Virus record (IMG/VR): IMGVR_UViG_3300025276_000024
Coordinates: 50,830 to 114,829 of that record
Origin: a virus
DNA length: 64,000 nucleotides
Strand: one strand, 5' to 3'
Part shown: in pieces, positions 44,221 to 53,990 of the stretch
Layout: every line of letters starts with the position of its first letter
Numbering within the stretch: position 1 is the stretch's first letter
Program-made: the position numbers and the translations under genes
Notes under the pieces: generated by a model
Databases searched by the model: none
Seen by the model: only the letters and a program-made list of their open reading frames with translations
Told to the model about the DNA's origin: nothing

Positions 44221-44250
44221 AAAAAAAGCCCAAATTAATGAGCTTTTTTT
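44221..44250. terminator. Bidirectional-type intrinsic terminator
   Basis: AAAAAAAGCCCA-aattaa-TGAGCTTTTTTT. Confidence 0.6.
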
Positions 44251-44273
44251 AAGTCAATAGAGTCAACCACGAA

Positions 44274-44696
44274 CTACTGACCTGGAACTATAAGGTTGGA
44301 TACTTTTGTTTCTTTTACATCAACTGCAAGATAAGCATCATAATCAAAATCCTTAGCATTTACTGCAAATGTATGAATGAATGAATCTATATCACTTTTA
44401 TCTGATAAATAGAATTCTGAAAATGTGTCTACTAATCTTCTTTCTTCTTTAACTGTTTTACCAGTCTGTTGATTAGGTTGTTTTAATCTAATAGGTTCTC
44501 CGTCATCATTCAATCTAGGAACCATGTGGTAAGATTGTTTCATAACCTTACTAATTACAGCTAAGATGCCTGACGCAGGGTCAAACATAGCTTCAACATA
44601 TGGTGAGTCAATGCTCACAGGAATTAACGTAAATGATTTAGCATTTCTAAATGTAGAATTTACTAACATCATATTTTGTCCAATTGGTTTTTGCAT
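44274..44696 (-). CDS. Hypothetical protein
   Basis: 140-aa ORF preceded by TATATTTG at 44721-44714. Confidence 0.65.
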   Translation of the reverse strand: MQKPIGQNMMLVNSTFRNAKSFTLIPVSIDSPYVEAMFDPASGILAVISKVMKQSYHMVPRLNDDGEPIRLKQPNQQTGKTVKEERRLVDTFSEFYLSDKSDIDSFIHTFAVNAKDFDYDAYLAVDVKETKVSNLIVPGQ

Positions 44697-44704
44697 AATG
44701 TATT

Positions 44705-45280
44705 TTATTTTGTCAAATATATGGAACTATTTTTTAATAATTGAGTGATAACGTGATTATTATCAATCAAAGTTTCTTTGTCAAGATCAGGTGGTGTACA
44801 TACTTCATATATATCAGCTATAAATTCTATATCTACACCTAGTTTTTCTGCATATTCTTCATGGACACCTTCAGGGGTCAAAAAGCCTTCTACATACTTA
44901 CTAATTTTATCTTGTTTACCAAAGAAATCTATTATACTGATCTTACTATCTAAACTGAATTGAGAATATTTACCATTGATAAACTTTTTCACATCAGATT
45001 TAAAAGAACTAAAATCATAAATAAATAACTGAGAGTTTTCACTTAACTGTATTGCATCTTCAAAGAAAGGATTACTTAACAAATTATCCTTAGCAAATTT
45101 ATCAAAGACTTTAGTCTTCTTGGTTTTATATTGACATAGAAACTTGTTGTCACTAGGTGAATAGACATTATCCCATGCCACATACGTTTGTATAGGGACA
45201 TGGGTAATACCTTTCCTAATCTTTAGTAAAGGATAAAGAAATACTTTGCTTTTTTGAAAATACTCTGTATAAACACCCAT
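44705..45280 (-). CDS. Hypothetical protein
   Basis: 191-aa ORF closely coupled to the upstream exonuclease gene. Confidence 0.65.
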   Translation of the reverse strand: MGVYTEYFQKSKVFLYPLLKIRKGITHVPIQTYVAWDNVYSPSDNKFLCQYKTKKTKVFDKFAKDNLLSNPFFEDAIQLSENSQLFIYDFSSFKSDVKKFINGKYSQFSLDSKISIIDFFGKQDKISKYVEGFLTPEGVHEEYAEKLGVDIEFIADIYEVCTPPDLDKETLIDNNHVITQLLKNSSIYLTK

Positions 45281-45281
45281 A

Positions 45282-46271
45282 CTATAATTTAACCTTTTTC
45301 ACTAGTAATTCATAAGGCAATGAATAGTTTTTCTCTGTATAATGATAATTTGCAGTCTTTAATACACCACCTAAACCTTCCGCCCAGTTAGACATAGATT
45401 CTTGTGAAACATCAAATACATAAACTTGATTATATTTATCAATAACAATAAACTTAAACTCTATAGTATAATCATCTCTATCATCTCCAAGAGAATCATA
45501 TACCATTTTAGAATATATAGCCGCTTGTAACCAATAGTTATAAAAATCAACACTTTCAGCAAATTTATCTACTGTTTTACCTGATGTTTTCAAGTCACAA
45601 ATTGTAACTGTCTTTGTCTCAGTGTCAACTGTATAATAATCAACATAACCATGTAGACCAAAAGCAAATGTATCTAAATCAGATTTAAGATACTGTTCTG
45701 CATATGTAGTTATTGGATCTAAATCAAAGTCAGTTTGCTCATTTTTAAATAGCTTCATGACCTCTTCATTAGATTTAATTACCTCAGCTTTAGCTGTACA
45801 ATCTAATAAAGTATCTTGGTTAATAACATCTATAGAAGTGTTAGATAAAAATTCCCAATAAGGTTCATTATCTAATGTTCTAACTTTAGCTATTCTAGCC
45901 TCATCTGCTTTTAGAGATTGATATAAATTAAACTCTATTAAAGAGTCAAGTATTACTTTGTCATCTACATCAGCAAGCTTTACAGCTTTAGTATGCAATG
46001 ACATGTTTTTTAGTATCTTTCTAACACTATCTGATGGTGCTTTACCGGGTACTACGTTAAACTTATCATTTAAGTTCTCAGGTTCAAACACTAAACAATG
46101 TACAAGTTTACCTTCTACTAAATGTTTATCAGTTCTGATCTCACGATCTTGTAATATATAGTCCTTATAAAATAAGGATGGTGAAAACAATAATTTATTA
46201 AGGGAAGAATAGCTAAATGCAAATTTCTTGTTTGCATAAAACGTTTCTTCCCTTTGGAGATTTCTATTCAT
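45282..46271 (-). CDS. PD-(D/E)xK exonuclease (RecB/Cas4-like)
   Basis: FSYSSLN, GKLVH, HGYVD...ICDLKTS, YWLQAAIY. Confidence 0.85.
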   Translation of the reverse strand: MNRNLQREETFYANKKFAFSYSSLNKLLFSPSLFYKDYILQDREIRTDKHLVEGKLVHCLVFEPENLNDKFNVVPGKAPSDSVRKILKNMSLHTKAVKLADVDDKVILDSLIEFNLYQSLKADEARIAKVRTLDNEPYWEFLSNTSIDVINQDTLLDCTAKAEVIKSNEEVMKLFKNEQTDFDLDPITTYAEQYLKSDLDTFAFGLHGYVDYYTVDTETKTVTICDLKTSGKTVDKFAESVDFYNYWLQAAIYSKMVYDSLGDDRDDYTIEFKFIVIDKYNQVYVFDVSQESMSNWAEGLGGVLKTANYHYTEKNYSLPYELLVKKVKL

Positions 46272-47406
46272 TTACTATCATTTTATTAGTTAGTTCTTCA
46301 TTAATATATAATGAATCTAAGTCTACTTTAAAGACTTGAGCTTCTGGGCCAACTGAACTATTAAGAAATGTTGAATGAAGCTTTTCCCGTGTGGTATCTA
46401 CAGCAAATTTAGTTAATTTTCTATCAGCGGCCAAAAGGTTTAAGTAATTATTAAATGAATAAATGGTCTGACTAGTGTGGTTACCTTCATATTTTCTCAT
46501 TCTTTTTCTAAAAGCTTTTACATTAACTGTATTCCAATTAGTAGTATTTTTCATCCAATCAAAATTCCAATAATATATACCAGAAACTACATCAAAAGAC
46601 TTATCAATATTACAATTAGCTAGCATCTCTAATGCAAGAGATCTATTTTCTATATCACTACTCATAATCATTTTTTCAACTTCAGCTAATTTATCAGATT
46701 CAAGTACAGCAAGATCCTCATCTATTAGATTACATACATTTGTATCAAGTATAAGTGTAGAATTAATATTTGTTAATCTAGCATAATTTGCAAAGTTTTC
46801 AGGTGTTAAAACAAAATCATGGTTTGGTCTGTCACGTAAATTTGTATCTAAATAGTTTTGTATAATATCATGATACTTTTCTACTGCAGCACTAGCATTC
46901 CAATTTTTATTATTCTTGAATAAGACTACTGAGTTTCTATCTGCTTGAGTCATAAAGTCTCTTAGGACAATTAAAGCTGATTCAGATAATAAATCTAAGT
47001 CTTTTAAATGCTTAAATATATTATAGTTCTCTATAAAACTTATTGAAGAATTCCATTCTCTAAGGATAAGCTTATCAAAAAATCTCATAGATACTATATG
47101 TATATCAGCTTTATTAGGATCTCTAATAACTTTACATTTATATTTATCTTTCAGTAAATCTACCTTTTGTCTAGGTAAATCTAATTTTGGATATCTATAT
47201 ACTTTTTTATCTTGAAAGTCTGTTTTATCAGTTAATGTAGGAATACCCAAATGTTTTAAATCATCCGTTGTAACTTCCCAACCATTACCTACAAACAGAT
47301 GCATATTATCACTTAAACTCCAAGTGATTGCATCTCCCATAAGTTGACCATTAGCATCTATATGTTTATCCTCTATGTTAATCTGTATTTGATATTTCTT
47401 TTTCAT
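46264..47406 (-). CDS. MoxR/vWA-associated protein A with BRCT-like segment
   Basis: KVYRYPKLDLPRQKVDLLKDKYKCKVIRDPNKADIHIV; similar to the adjacent 359-aa protein. Confidence 0.55.
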   Translation of the reverse strand: MKKKYQIQINIEDKHIDANGQLMGDAITWSLSDNMHLFVGNGWEVTTDDLKHLGIPTLTDKTDFQDKKVYRYPKLDLPRQKVDLLKDKYKCKVIRDPNKADIHIVSMRFFDKLILREWNSSISFIENYNIFKHLKDLDLLSESALIVLRDFMTQADRNSVVLFKNNKNWNASAAVEKYHDIIQNYLDTNLRDRPNHDFVLTPENFANYARLTNINSTLILDTNVCNLIDEDLAVLESDKLAEVEKMIMSSDIENRSLALEMLANCNIDKSFDVVSGIYYWNFDWMKNTTNWNTVNVKAFRKRMRKYEGNHTSQTIYSFNNYLNLLAADRKLTKFAVDTTREKLHSTFLNSSVGPEAQVFKVDLDSLYINEELTNKMIVNE

Positions 47407-48457
47407 TGGTTTTTTTTAAATATTGTTGATATTCTTTTTTCACAGCTACTTTAAATGTATAAAGATCTCTGTTATGAATGCTTATCTCTCTTCTTACTAT
47501 AGGTTCTAGATATCTGAATGTTGTTTTACACAACTTATCATTTTCTTCTAACCATAATATCATATCCTGTGCACTCTTCCGGTTAAAACTTTCAAAATTA
47601 GAAGCTTCAATCCAGTACTTAAGATCTTTATCTCTAGCATCTGCATAGGTTATACTACTACAATCTTGTGCAAATTGCCACAGTAAATGATAGTTTGTTT
47701 TATAATCTATAGTAGGAACAACTTTAAGAGCTACAGCTGAATCTTCACTATAACGTGAGGAATCCAATTGAACTTTAAGATCTGCTAGCAATTGTTCATC
47801 AAGAACCATTTTGCTAGCTGAACTATGTAACACGGTCTCTGGGTCAACAACACTTAAATCTGTTGTATCTATAAGATGTGCTAAGTTTAGTGCCATACCT
47901 GTGATCATCCATACATCATATACACTGCTTTCTATATCTAAATCATAGTATCTTACTTTATCTGTTAACCTGTTGGTTATTAAAGTTGGGATACCTGAGT
48001 TATAAATTGCCATTTCCATAGGATGAGTAGCTGATTCTCTACCTTCAGTAGTTTCATAATTCCATAACTTTGCCATCATAAGAGTACTAGGTATATTATC
48101 CCCATTACTTATCTTATCATGTGGCGTTATATCATCATGACCTATAACTAAGTCTGCTAATTCAAAATCATTAGTCACAGTTATACTATGCTCTTTAAGA
48201 GCTGCTTTTAACCTATCTTGTGATACACTACACTTAGGTAATATAAAAGCTTTCTTTTTAGTTCTAAAAGTTTGGTCATCTTCTGTAGGGACTGTTAATA
48301 TACTGTGTATTTTTTCATATGTTGTTTGATCTTCAGTGCATAATACTTTAGATACCTCACTTGAACTAGAGATGACACCATTCATGGTATCATTCTCTAA
48401 TCCAAAATGAGCTAAAGCATCAGCATTGTAATCTTGATATACTGATTTGTTTGCCAT
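47378..48457 (-). CDS. MoxR/vWA-associated protein B, paralog of 46264..47406
   Basis: KAFILPKCSVSQDRLKAALKEHSITVTNDFELADLVIG. Confidence 0.55.
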   Translation of the reverse strand: MANKSVYQDYNADALAHFGLENDTMNGVISSSSEVSKVLCTEDQTTYEKIHSILTVPTEDDQTFRTKKKAFILPKCSVSQDRLKAALKEHSITVTNDFELADLVIGHDDITPHDKISNGDNIPSTLMMAKLWNYETTEGRESATHPMEMAIYNSGIPTLITNRLTDKVRYYDLDIESSVYDVWMITGMALNLAHLIDTTDLSVVDPETVLHSSASKMVLDEQLLADLKVQLDSSRYSEDSAVALKVVPTIDYKTNYHLLWQFAQDCSSITYADARDKDLKYWIEASNFESFNRKSAQDMILWLEENDKLCKTTFRYLEPIVRREISIHNRDLYTFKVAVKKEYQQYLKKTNEKEISNTD

Positions 48458-48458
48458 T

Positions 48459-49730
48459 CTATTTCATTGTCATTTTAATGATTTCTGGTATCATCATTAG
48501 TTTATTAAACTTCTTCTTGTTACCATTAAAAATTGTACGTACAACTAAATACTTTAGATCATTAGTAAAATAATCTTCAGTACATAAAGCTTTAAGTCTG
48601 TCAGTAACTTTCTGACCAACTGTATTTTCATGAGAATATACAACAGCATAATTACCCAGTCTAGTTGCTAAAGTTGCTGCAATATCAGCACGGTACGTAT
48701 CATCTTTTCCTATACATCCTCTTAGTTCACCAAGAATGTAAGCCTGGTTATCATGTGTCAACAAATCTTTAGGTGTAACAAGCTTATCTAGCTTATTATT
48801 AATAAAGGTTGTAAACATAGAAGCAAAAGCATCACCAACACTACCTTCTCCAATCATCTGAATCATGCTTAGATTATCTTCAAAAGAATCAAAGCTAGAT
48901 ATAGAGTTAAAGAATGTTGTAATTGATCTTGCATTAGTTTCTTGAGTAACTAGTTCTGGATGAAGCAACAGGAAATTAATACATCTAGTATCTATTCCTG
49001 CACCCTCAGCCCATTGTGCCCATACATTAACATCAAACTTAAGATTAGCAGTTACATATCTAGTCTTCTGTGCACTATCTACACTGTTAACCATATAGTC
49101 ACCATTATCTGGGTTAGCTGTTAAAATTATGTGCCAGTCTTTTGGTAATGACCATGAAATATAAGTTTGTCTATCTATCAATTCCATAACTGCTTGGATA
49201 AATCTTGTATCAGCACGGTTCCAGTCATCTAGTAATAAGATACCACCGGCCTTTGCATCAGCAATCCATTCAGGTGCACAATAAGACATTCTATTTTTAC
49301 CAGTCATCTTAAATCCTTGTTTAAGATATTCTTGCACTGCAAGTTCATCAACCCATTGGCCAACTTTCTTTATGACTGGTTGTCCAATAATTGCTAGACT
49401 ATTACCGGCAGCTCTTTGAGCAGCAGTAACCATAGTTATATCATCAATCTTTTTAGCAGGCATACTTTTTTCTTTATACATCTGGAATTGACGTACAGGG
49501 AAACCTACTAAGTCACCTAGTTCTTCTATCTGTGCTAAATTAAGTTTTACAAACTTTAGTTTATTATCTTGAGCCAGCTCAACTATGGTAGATGTTTTAC
49601 CAATACCTGATTCTCCTACAACTTCTACTGATACAGGGCTTTTCCCCGCTTCTTGTAGAAATCTATTATTTGTGATTATGTGATTTACAAAACCTTTTAA
49701 CTCTGTTACATTTAAATTTACTTGTGCCAT
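48459..49730 (-). CDS. MoxR-like AAA+ ATPase
   Basis: Walker A GESGIGKT, EELGDLVGFP, Walker B ILLLDDWNRA, LTANP, DSAQKTR. Confidence 0.85.
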   Translation of the reverse strand: MAQVNLNVTELKGFVNHIITNNRFLQEAGKSPVSVEVVGESGIGKTSTIVELAQDNKLKFVKLNLAQIEELGDLVGFPVRQFQMYKEKSMPAKKIDDITMVTAAQRAAGNSLAIIGQPVIKKVGQWVDELAVQEYLKQGFKMTGKNRMSYCAPEWIADAKAGGILLLDDWNRADTRFIQAVMELIDRQTYISWSLPKDWHIILTANPDNGDYMVNSVDSAQKTRYVTANLKFDVNVWAQWAEGAGIDTRCINFLLLHPELVTQETNARSITTFFNSISSFDSFEDNLSMIQMIGEGSVGDAFASMFTTFINNKLDKLVTPKDLLTHDNQAYILGELRGCIGKDDTYRADIAATLATRLGNYAVVYSHENTVGQKVTDRLKALCTEDYFTNDLKYLVVRTIFNGNKKKFNKLMMIPEIIKMTMK

Positions 49731-49736
49731 TTTCTA

Positions 49737-50900
49737 TTAATTTAATTTTATTACTTGTCCTGGTAACTCATCATTCATATCAGAAATACTGCTTAAACAC
49801 CATAAGGTATTCTTTGGGCAGTTCTCTGGAGAATATGCTTCACCATCTGTTAAATATACAAGAGCTGTATAAACTCCTTTCTTTTCATTAAAATGATCTA
49901 TTACTGGTTGAAAACTAGTTCCACCACGACCATGTATTTCCCAATCATGTTTTGGATTAAACTCCTTCACACTTTTGAGTTGTGTATCACACTGTGCTAC
50001 TGTAATTTTATGGCCAGTCTTAACCATGTGTGCTAATTCATTAAAGAATTCTTTTAGCTCATCATTATTTACAGATCCACTTGTGTCAACACCAACTAGG
50101 ATATGATTCTTAAATTTAATTTTAAGGCCAGGATTGGCAGCATATCTTTTGTTGTATTTACGTCTCAGCTTTTTAGTATATACTATAGAAGAATTACCAA
50201 CAAATCTTTTTAGGTAACCTTTCCAGTCAAACTTAGCTGGTTCTATATGAGTAAGCCTATGTATAAGCTCTGCTAATTCTCCTGGAATACTTCCTGACTT
50301 CTTAACTGTTTGTTCTGCAGTGTCCTTTAACTGATGCTCAATTTGTTTTTGCATTAGTTTTTTGTCTGCTTCAGGTAACTCATCAAACTCATTCCAAGTA
50401 CTATGACAATGTTGGCTATTACCATCCATAGTGTCCATTAAGCTATCTAATGATGGGCAACTCCCATCTTCTTGTGCTTGTTCCAAAAGTTCATAATACT
50501 TTTTAGTACCTGCTTTGGTAGGAAGATTTAATTCAGGAAAACTACTTAACAACAATCCACCTGTAGGTAGCTTGCTTTCCAGTATGTACTGGTTGATCTC
50601 TAGATCTGCAGCTATATTAAATAACTTATGATCTGCATATAGGTCCCTTAAAATAAGATGTCCAAAAGCTATATGTAATAACTCATGCTTTATTAAGCCA
50701 AATCTATGATCTTCACTTAGATCACTATAGAATTGTGGATTTATAGTTAATTGCATACCAATACCGTGCTTGCTTACACCTGCTGTAGGTATACGCTCAC
50801 TGTATTGTTTATTTATGCCAATTAAAAAGAGCCCGTAAAAGGGCTCTGAAAATATTAAACTTTTGGTTGTTCTTGCAACCTGATCTTGAATGTTTATCAT
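49737..50900 (-). CDS. Metallopeptidase-like + vWA domain protein (DUF2201-type)
   Basis: HELLH zincin and NIAADLEIN; MIDAS DTSGS, GRGGTSF, LTDG. Confidence 0.85.
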   Translation of the reverse strand: MINIQDQVARTTKSLIFSEPFYGLFLIGINKQYSERIPTAGVSKHGIGMQLTINPQFYSDLSEDHRFGLIKHELLHIAFGHLILRDLYADHKLFNIAADLEINQYILESKLPTGGLLLSSFPELNLPTKAGTKKYYELLEQAQEDGSCPSLDSLMDTMDGNSQHCHSTWNEFDELPEADKKLMQKQIEHQLKDTAEQTVKKSGSIPGELAELIHRLTHIEPAKFDWKGYLKRFVGNSSIVYTKKLRRKYNKRYAANPGLKIKFKNHILVGVDTSGSVNNDELKEFFNELAHMVKTGHKITVAQCDTQLKSVKEFNPKHDWEIHGRGGTSFQPVIDHFNEKKGVYTALVYLTDGEAYSPENCPKNTLWCLSSISDMNDELPGQVIKLN

Positions 50901-51199
50901 CTCTTCATAATTTTATCTAGTATTGTTTTGTATATAGAATGCATTGTTTGCTCTTCTATGTATATATATAGTTGTTGTTTTCCAATTAGTGGAATTTCTT
51001 TAAATAATACTGCATCTGCAAACTTTTTTCTATTCTTAAACATTAAAGCTTTATGCATTAACAAATCTGTAGTATCATCTTGATAATTACCTTTATAAAT
51101 TTCCCAAGCTAATTCTTGATCTTCTTTAAGACCTTGAAACATCTCTTTTAATTTAAAAAATTCATCAATAGTAATTACTTTGAGATCAGTTCTATCCAT
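50897..51199 (-). CDS. Small helical protein of the MoxR/vWA module
   Basis: VITIDEFFKLKEMFQGLKEDQELAWEI resembles a segment of the two downstream paralogs. Confidence 0.55.
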   Translation of the reverse strand: MDRTDLKVITIDEFFKLKEMFQGLKEDQELAWEIYKGNYQDDTTDLLMHKALMFKNRKKFADAVLFKEIPLIGKQQLYIYIEEQTMHSIYKTILDKIMKR

Positions 51200-51552
51200 A
51201 CCCCTGGGTTTTCTTTACTATATTTATATTTTTCAAATCCGGGTATAATAAACTCAGCATTATCATCTTCAATCCATCCATATTTAACCATATCATCTTG
51301 TACAGTCTGTGCAGGATTTATGTAGTCAAACTTATGACGGCTGCCTCTAATAAACTCAAACGTTATTTTAACTGGTAACTTATGTTTTTCTAACTCTGTT
51401 TTAAAGTCTTCAGCATAACTAAGATATATATCTTTAGTTGCTTTTCTATAAGTCATCACGGCCTTACTTGCTATAAAGTATTTACCTGTCCAACGTCTAC
51501 CATTCTTACTAGAAGGAACGTTACCTGGTATCCACCATTTTTTATTTTCCAT
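51175..51552 (-). CDS. RusA-like Holliday junction resolvase
   Basis: IPGNVPSSKN...FDYINPAQTVQDDM...IEDDNA. Confidence 0.65.
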   Translation of the reverse strand: MENKKWWIPGNVPSSKNGRRWTGKYFIASKAVMTYRKATKDIYLSYAEDFKTELEKHKLPVKITFEFIRGSRHKFDYINPAQTVQDDMVKYGWIEDDNAEFIIPGFEKYKYSKENPGVWIELISK

Positions 51553-51553
51553 A

Positions 51554-52531
51554 TTATTTATTTAATGTTTCTTTTAATAAAGGTTTAAGCATTGCATGTA
51601 ATTTATCAAATCCTATTTCTTTCATAGCATCTGATATGTCTTTGCATATAGTTGGTACAAATCCATAGATATTATATGTTTTTGCATACATATCTACAGC
51701 ATGTCTACCGGCATCATCATTATCAAAAAGAGTTATTACTTTTTTGTATTTCTTCTTCAGGTGCTCTACTATGTGAGGTTTAATCATAGTATTCTCTGAG
51801 TCAGGACTAATAACTTCTATATTATATCCCATACTCTTCAGACACATAGCATCTTTAAGTGATGAACAAATAACTAAATACGGTTCAGTATATTGTAACT
51901 GATCTTTACCTTGTAAATATGACTTAGCTTTATAAAACTTGTACTTCTTACTAAAAGGTTGGTACATTTTATATACATCATCATTTTTATCAAAATATCC
52001 ATAACACCACTTACTACCTATAGTAAGCTTGTTTATCTCTCCCGCCTCTTCTTTGACTAAATTATAATAATCAATTGGTTTAACGTTGTACTCACTTAGC
52101 ATAGTCTTACCTATTCTAAATGATAACCAAAACTTTCTATCTTCAGTTGTCCACTGCCTTTCTTTAATGAAATCAATTTCCCATTTATTCTGAGGCTGAA
52201 ATTTTTGTTGTACATATTCAGATGATCTAACATGTTTGTTATAATCAGATACCATTCTTGTCATGGCACCATGAAAATCCATATTAAACATCACTTTTAC
52301 TAAGTCTATTTTATTACCACTTCTGCCTGTTGAAAAGTCTTTAAACTTATACTGCATAATAGATTTATCTACATATATGCAAAAACTAGGAGTACGTTCA
52401 TTAGGATTAAATATAGATTTAATCTTTATGTCTTGACCCGTTAGTTGTTCAGGAAGATCTAAGTAGTATTGAAAAACCCAAGTGCTTGGTACATCTTGTC
52501 CTTCTGCTACAATGTTTTTAGTGTTAAACAT
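51554..52531 (-). CDS. DnaG-type primase with degenerate zinc-binding domain
   Basis: SIFNPNERTPSF...KDFSTG; Toprim ICSSLKDAMCL and LFDNDDAG. Confidence 0.8.
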   Translation of the reverse strand: MFNTKNIVAEGQDVPSTWVFQYYLDLPEQLTGQDIKIKSIFNPNERTPSFCIYVDKSIMQYKFKDFSTGRSGNKIDLVKVMFNMDFHGAMTRMVSDYNKHVRSSEYVQQKFQPQNKWEIDFIKERQWTTEDRKFWLSFRIGKTMLSEYNVKPIDYYNLVKEEAGEINKLTIGSKWCYGYFDKNDDVYKMYQPFSKKYKFYKAKSYLQGKDQLQYTEPYLVICSSLKDAMCLKSMGYNIEVISPDSENTMIKPHIVEHLKKKYKKVITLFDNDDAGRHAVDMYAKTYNIYGFVPTICKDISDAMKEIGFDKLHAMLKPLLKETLNK

Positions 52532-52536
52532 AAAAT

Positions 52537-52544
52537 CAAAGATA
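52537..52544 (-). promoter_or_regulatory. Bacteroidota-type -7 element (TATCTTTG) just upstream of the primase gene
   Basis: TAnnTTTG match directly downstream of a terminator. Confidence 0.45.
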
Positions 52545-52546
52545 TT

Positions 52547-52578
52547 AAAAAAAAAGGGCCCAGCATTACACTGAGCCC
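52547..52578 (-). terminator. Intrinsic terminator after the SSB-like gene
   Basis: GGGCTCAG-tgtaatg-CTGGGCCC followed by T9 on the minus strand. Confidence 0.75.
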
Positions 52579-52600
52579 AATTTTCACAATTAACTAACTA

Positions 52601-53275
52601 CTACAATTCAAAGTCAGATCCTGCTGCAGGAGCTGGCTCAAAATTACTTGCAGGTGTTGATTCCTTTTTAATCATAGGTCTGAAATGATTGGTATCATTT
52701 TTATCAAACTCAGTTAAATTAGAATTCTCTGCATCTAGAGCTTCTAGAGGCACACCCATTCTATTTCTCTTTGGTAAAAATAAGTCATTGTTTACATAAC
52801 CTTCTTTGTTTTCCCATTCACGTGCACCCAAACATGCATTAATGTATCCTGTTTGAGAACAGATTTTTGCAGCCTTTAACATAAAGTCTTCAATTGTTCC
52901 TGCCTCAATAGCATCAAGTTCATCTCTCTTTCCTACAACTTCAGATAAGAAAACCATAGCTTTCAACACTTCTGTGTCTCTGCTGATTTCATTACCATTG
53001 TTTAGTGTAGCATCTTTAAATGGATACGGAGAGAATCTTACTCTGCCTACCTGGCCTTCATAACGTGGCCCATTAGGATTATTTACATCTTTTAGGAAAC
53101 CATTAAATTCACCTTCAACAGGCTCACCTTCAATGTGCAATGTGATGTTGTAAGCATCAGCATCATATGGAGTTTGATCAAATGTAATTGAATTGATCAT
53201 TACTTTTTGATTTCCTGTTCCAATTACTGGTTTTGTTCCACCTGTTCCGGCAGACATGTCTTTAGTACTTAACAT
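52601..53275 (-). CDS. Putative single-stranded DNA-binding protein
   Basis: Lies between the Sak4-like ATPase and the primase; flexible tail ending SDFEL. Confidence 0.5.
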   Translation of the reverse strand: MLSTKDMSAGTGGTKPVIGTGNQKVMINSITFDQTPYDADAYNITLHIEGEPVEGEFNGFLKDVNNPNGPRYEGQVGRVRFSPYPFKDATLNNGNEISRDTEVLKAMVFLSEVVGKRDELDAIEAGTIEDFMLKAAKICSQTGYINACLGAREWENKEGYVNNDLFLPKRNRMGVPLEALDAENSNLTEFDKNDTNHFRPMIKKESTPASNFEPAPAAGSDFEL

Positions 53276-53304
53276 AATTTTTGATTTTTTTTATTAATAA
53301 TTAA

Positions 53305-53988
53305 TTATTTGTTGTATGCATTGATACAACTGGTTACAAACTGTAGGTCATTGTCAATAAATTTATTTTCAAACATACCCATTGGTGATTTACATGTGTT
53401 CTCACCATTGTTTTGGGTCTCAAAACCATAGACAAGTTCACCATCATCATTTTTATTTACTTTTCCAAATAAAACAATAGAGAATAGGCCTTCTAAAGTT
53501 AAAGTGTTGTCAATCATTTTTCCAACAGTTTTAGCTTTAATCTTTCTATTTCCATTAATATCAGTTGAATCTTCTGAGTGAGTTAAGAAAATGATAGTCA
53601 AGTCTTCTCTTAGATCTTTAGGTAGCTTAGCAACTTGTGCTAAGTTAGCTGCAATCTGAGTAAACTTTTCATAACCTTTTTCATTAGCTCTATCAAAATA
53701 TTCAAAAGAACTCATATATTGCCAATCATCAACTACAATAGTTTTGATATGGCTCATTTTGTCATTTACATGACGCATTGCCTTAATAATACCTGGTGCA
53801 GTTGCAGCAGATGTTAAGTTACCTTTGGGGTTTTCTTTTGTTATCTGAGTATACTTACTCTTCCAACCCTTAAAAGGTAGAGGCTTGTTTGCTATGTTTA
53901 TAATGAAAGTCTCTTTTGGATCTAATGTCCTGATTGAGGTAGACTTTCCTGTACCTGAATCTGCAATTACTAATACGCTGTTTGCCAT
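53305..53988 (-). CDS. AAA_24/Sak4-like ATPase (recombination)
   Basis: ADSGTGKSTS, IVVDDWQY, FLTH, CKSPMGMF. Confidence 0.75.
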   Translation of the reverse strand: MANSVLVIADSGTGKSTSIRTLDPKETFIINIANKPLPFKGWKSKYTQITKENPKGNLTSAATAPGIIKAMRHVNDKMSHIKTIVVDDWQYMSSFEYFDRANEKGYEKFTQIAANLAQVAKLPKDLREDLTIIFLTHSEDSTDINGNRKIKAKTVGKMIDNTLTLEGLFSIVLFGKVNKNDDGELVYGFETQNNGENTCKSPMGMFENKFIDNDLQFVTSCINAYNK

Positions 53989-53990
53989 GT

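Noticed and set aside
45282-46271. Cas4 / CRISPR adaptation gene
   Set aside because: No four-Cys Fe-S cluster pattern and no cas1 or array; a replication-linked exonuclease is the simpler reading.
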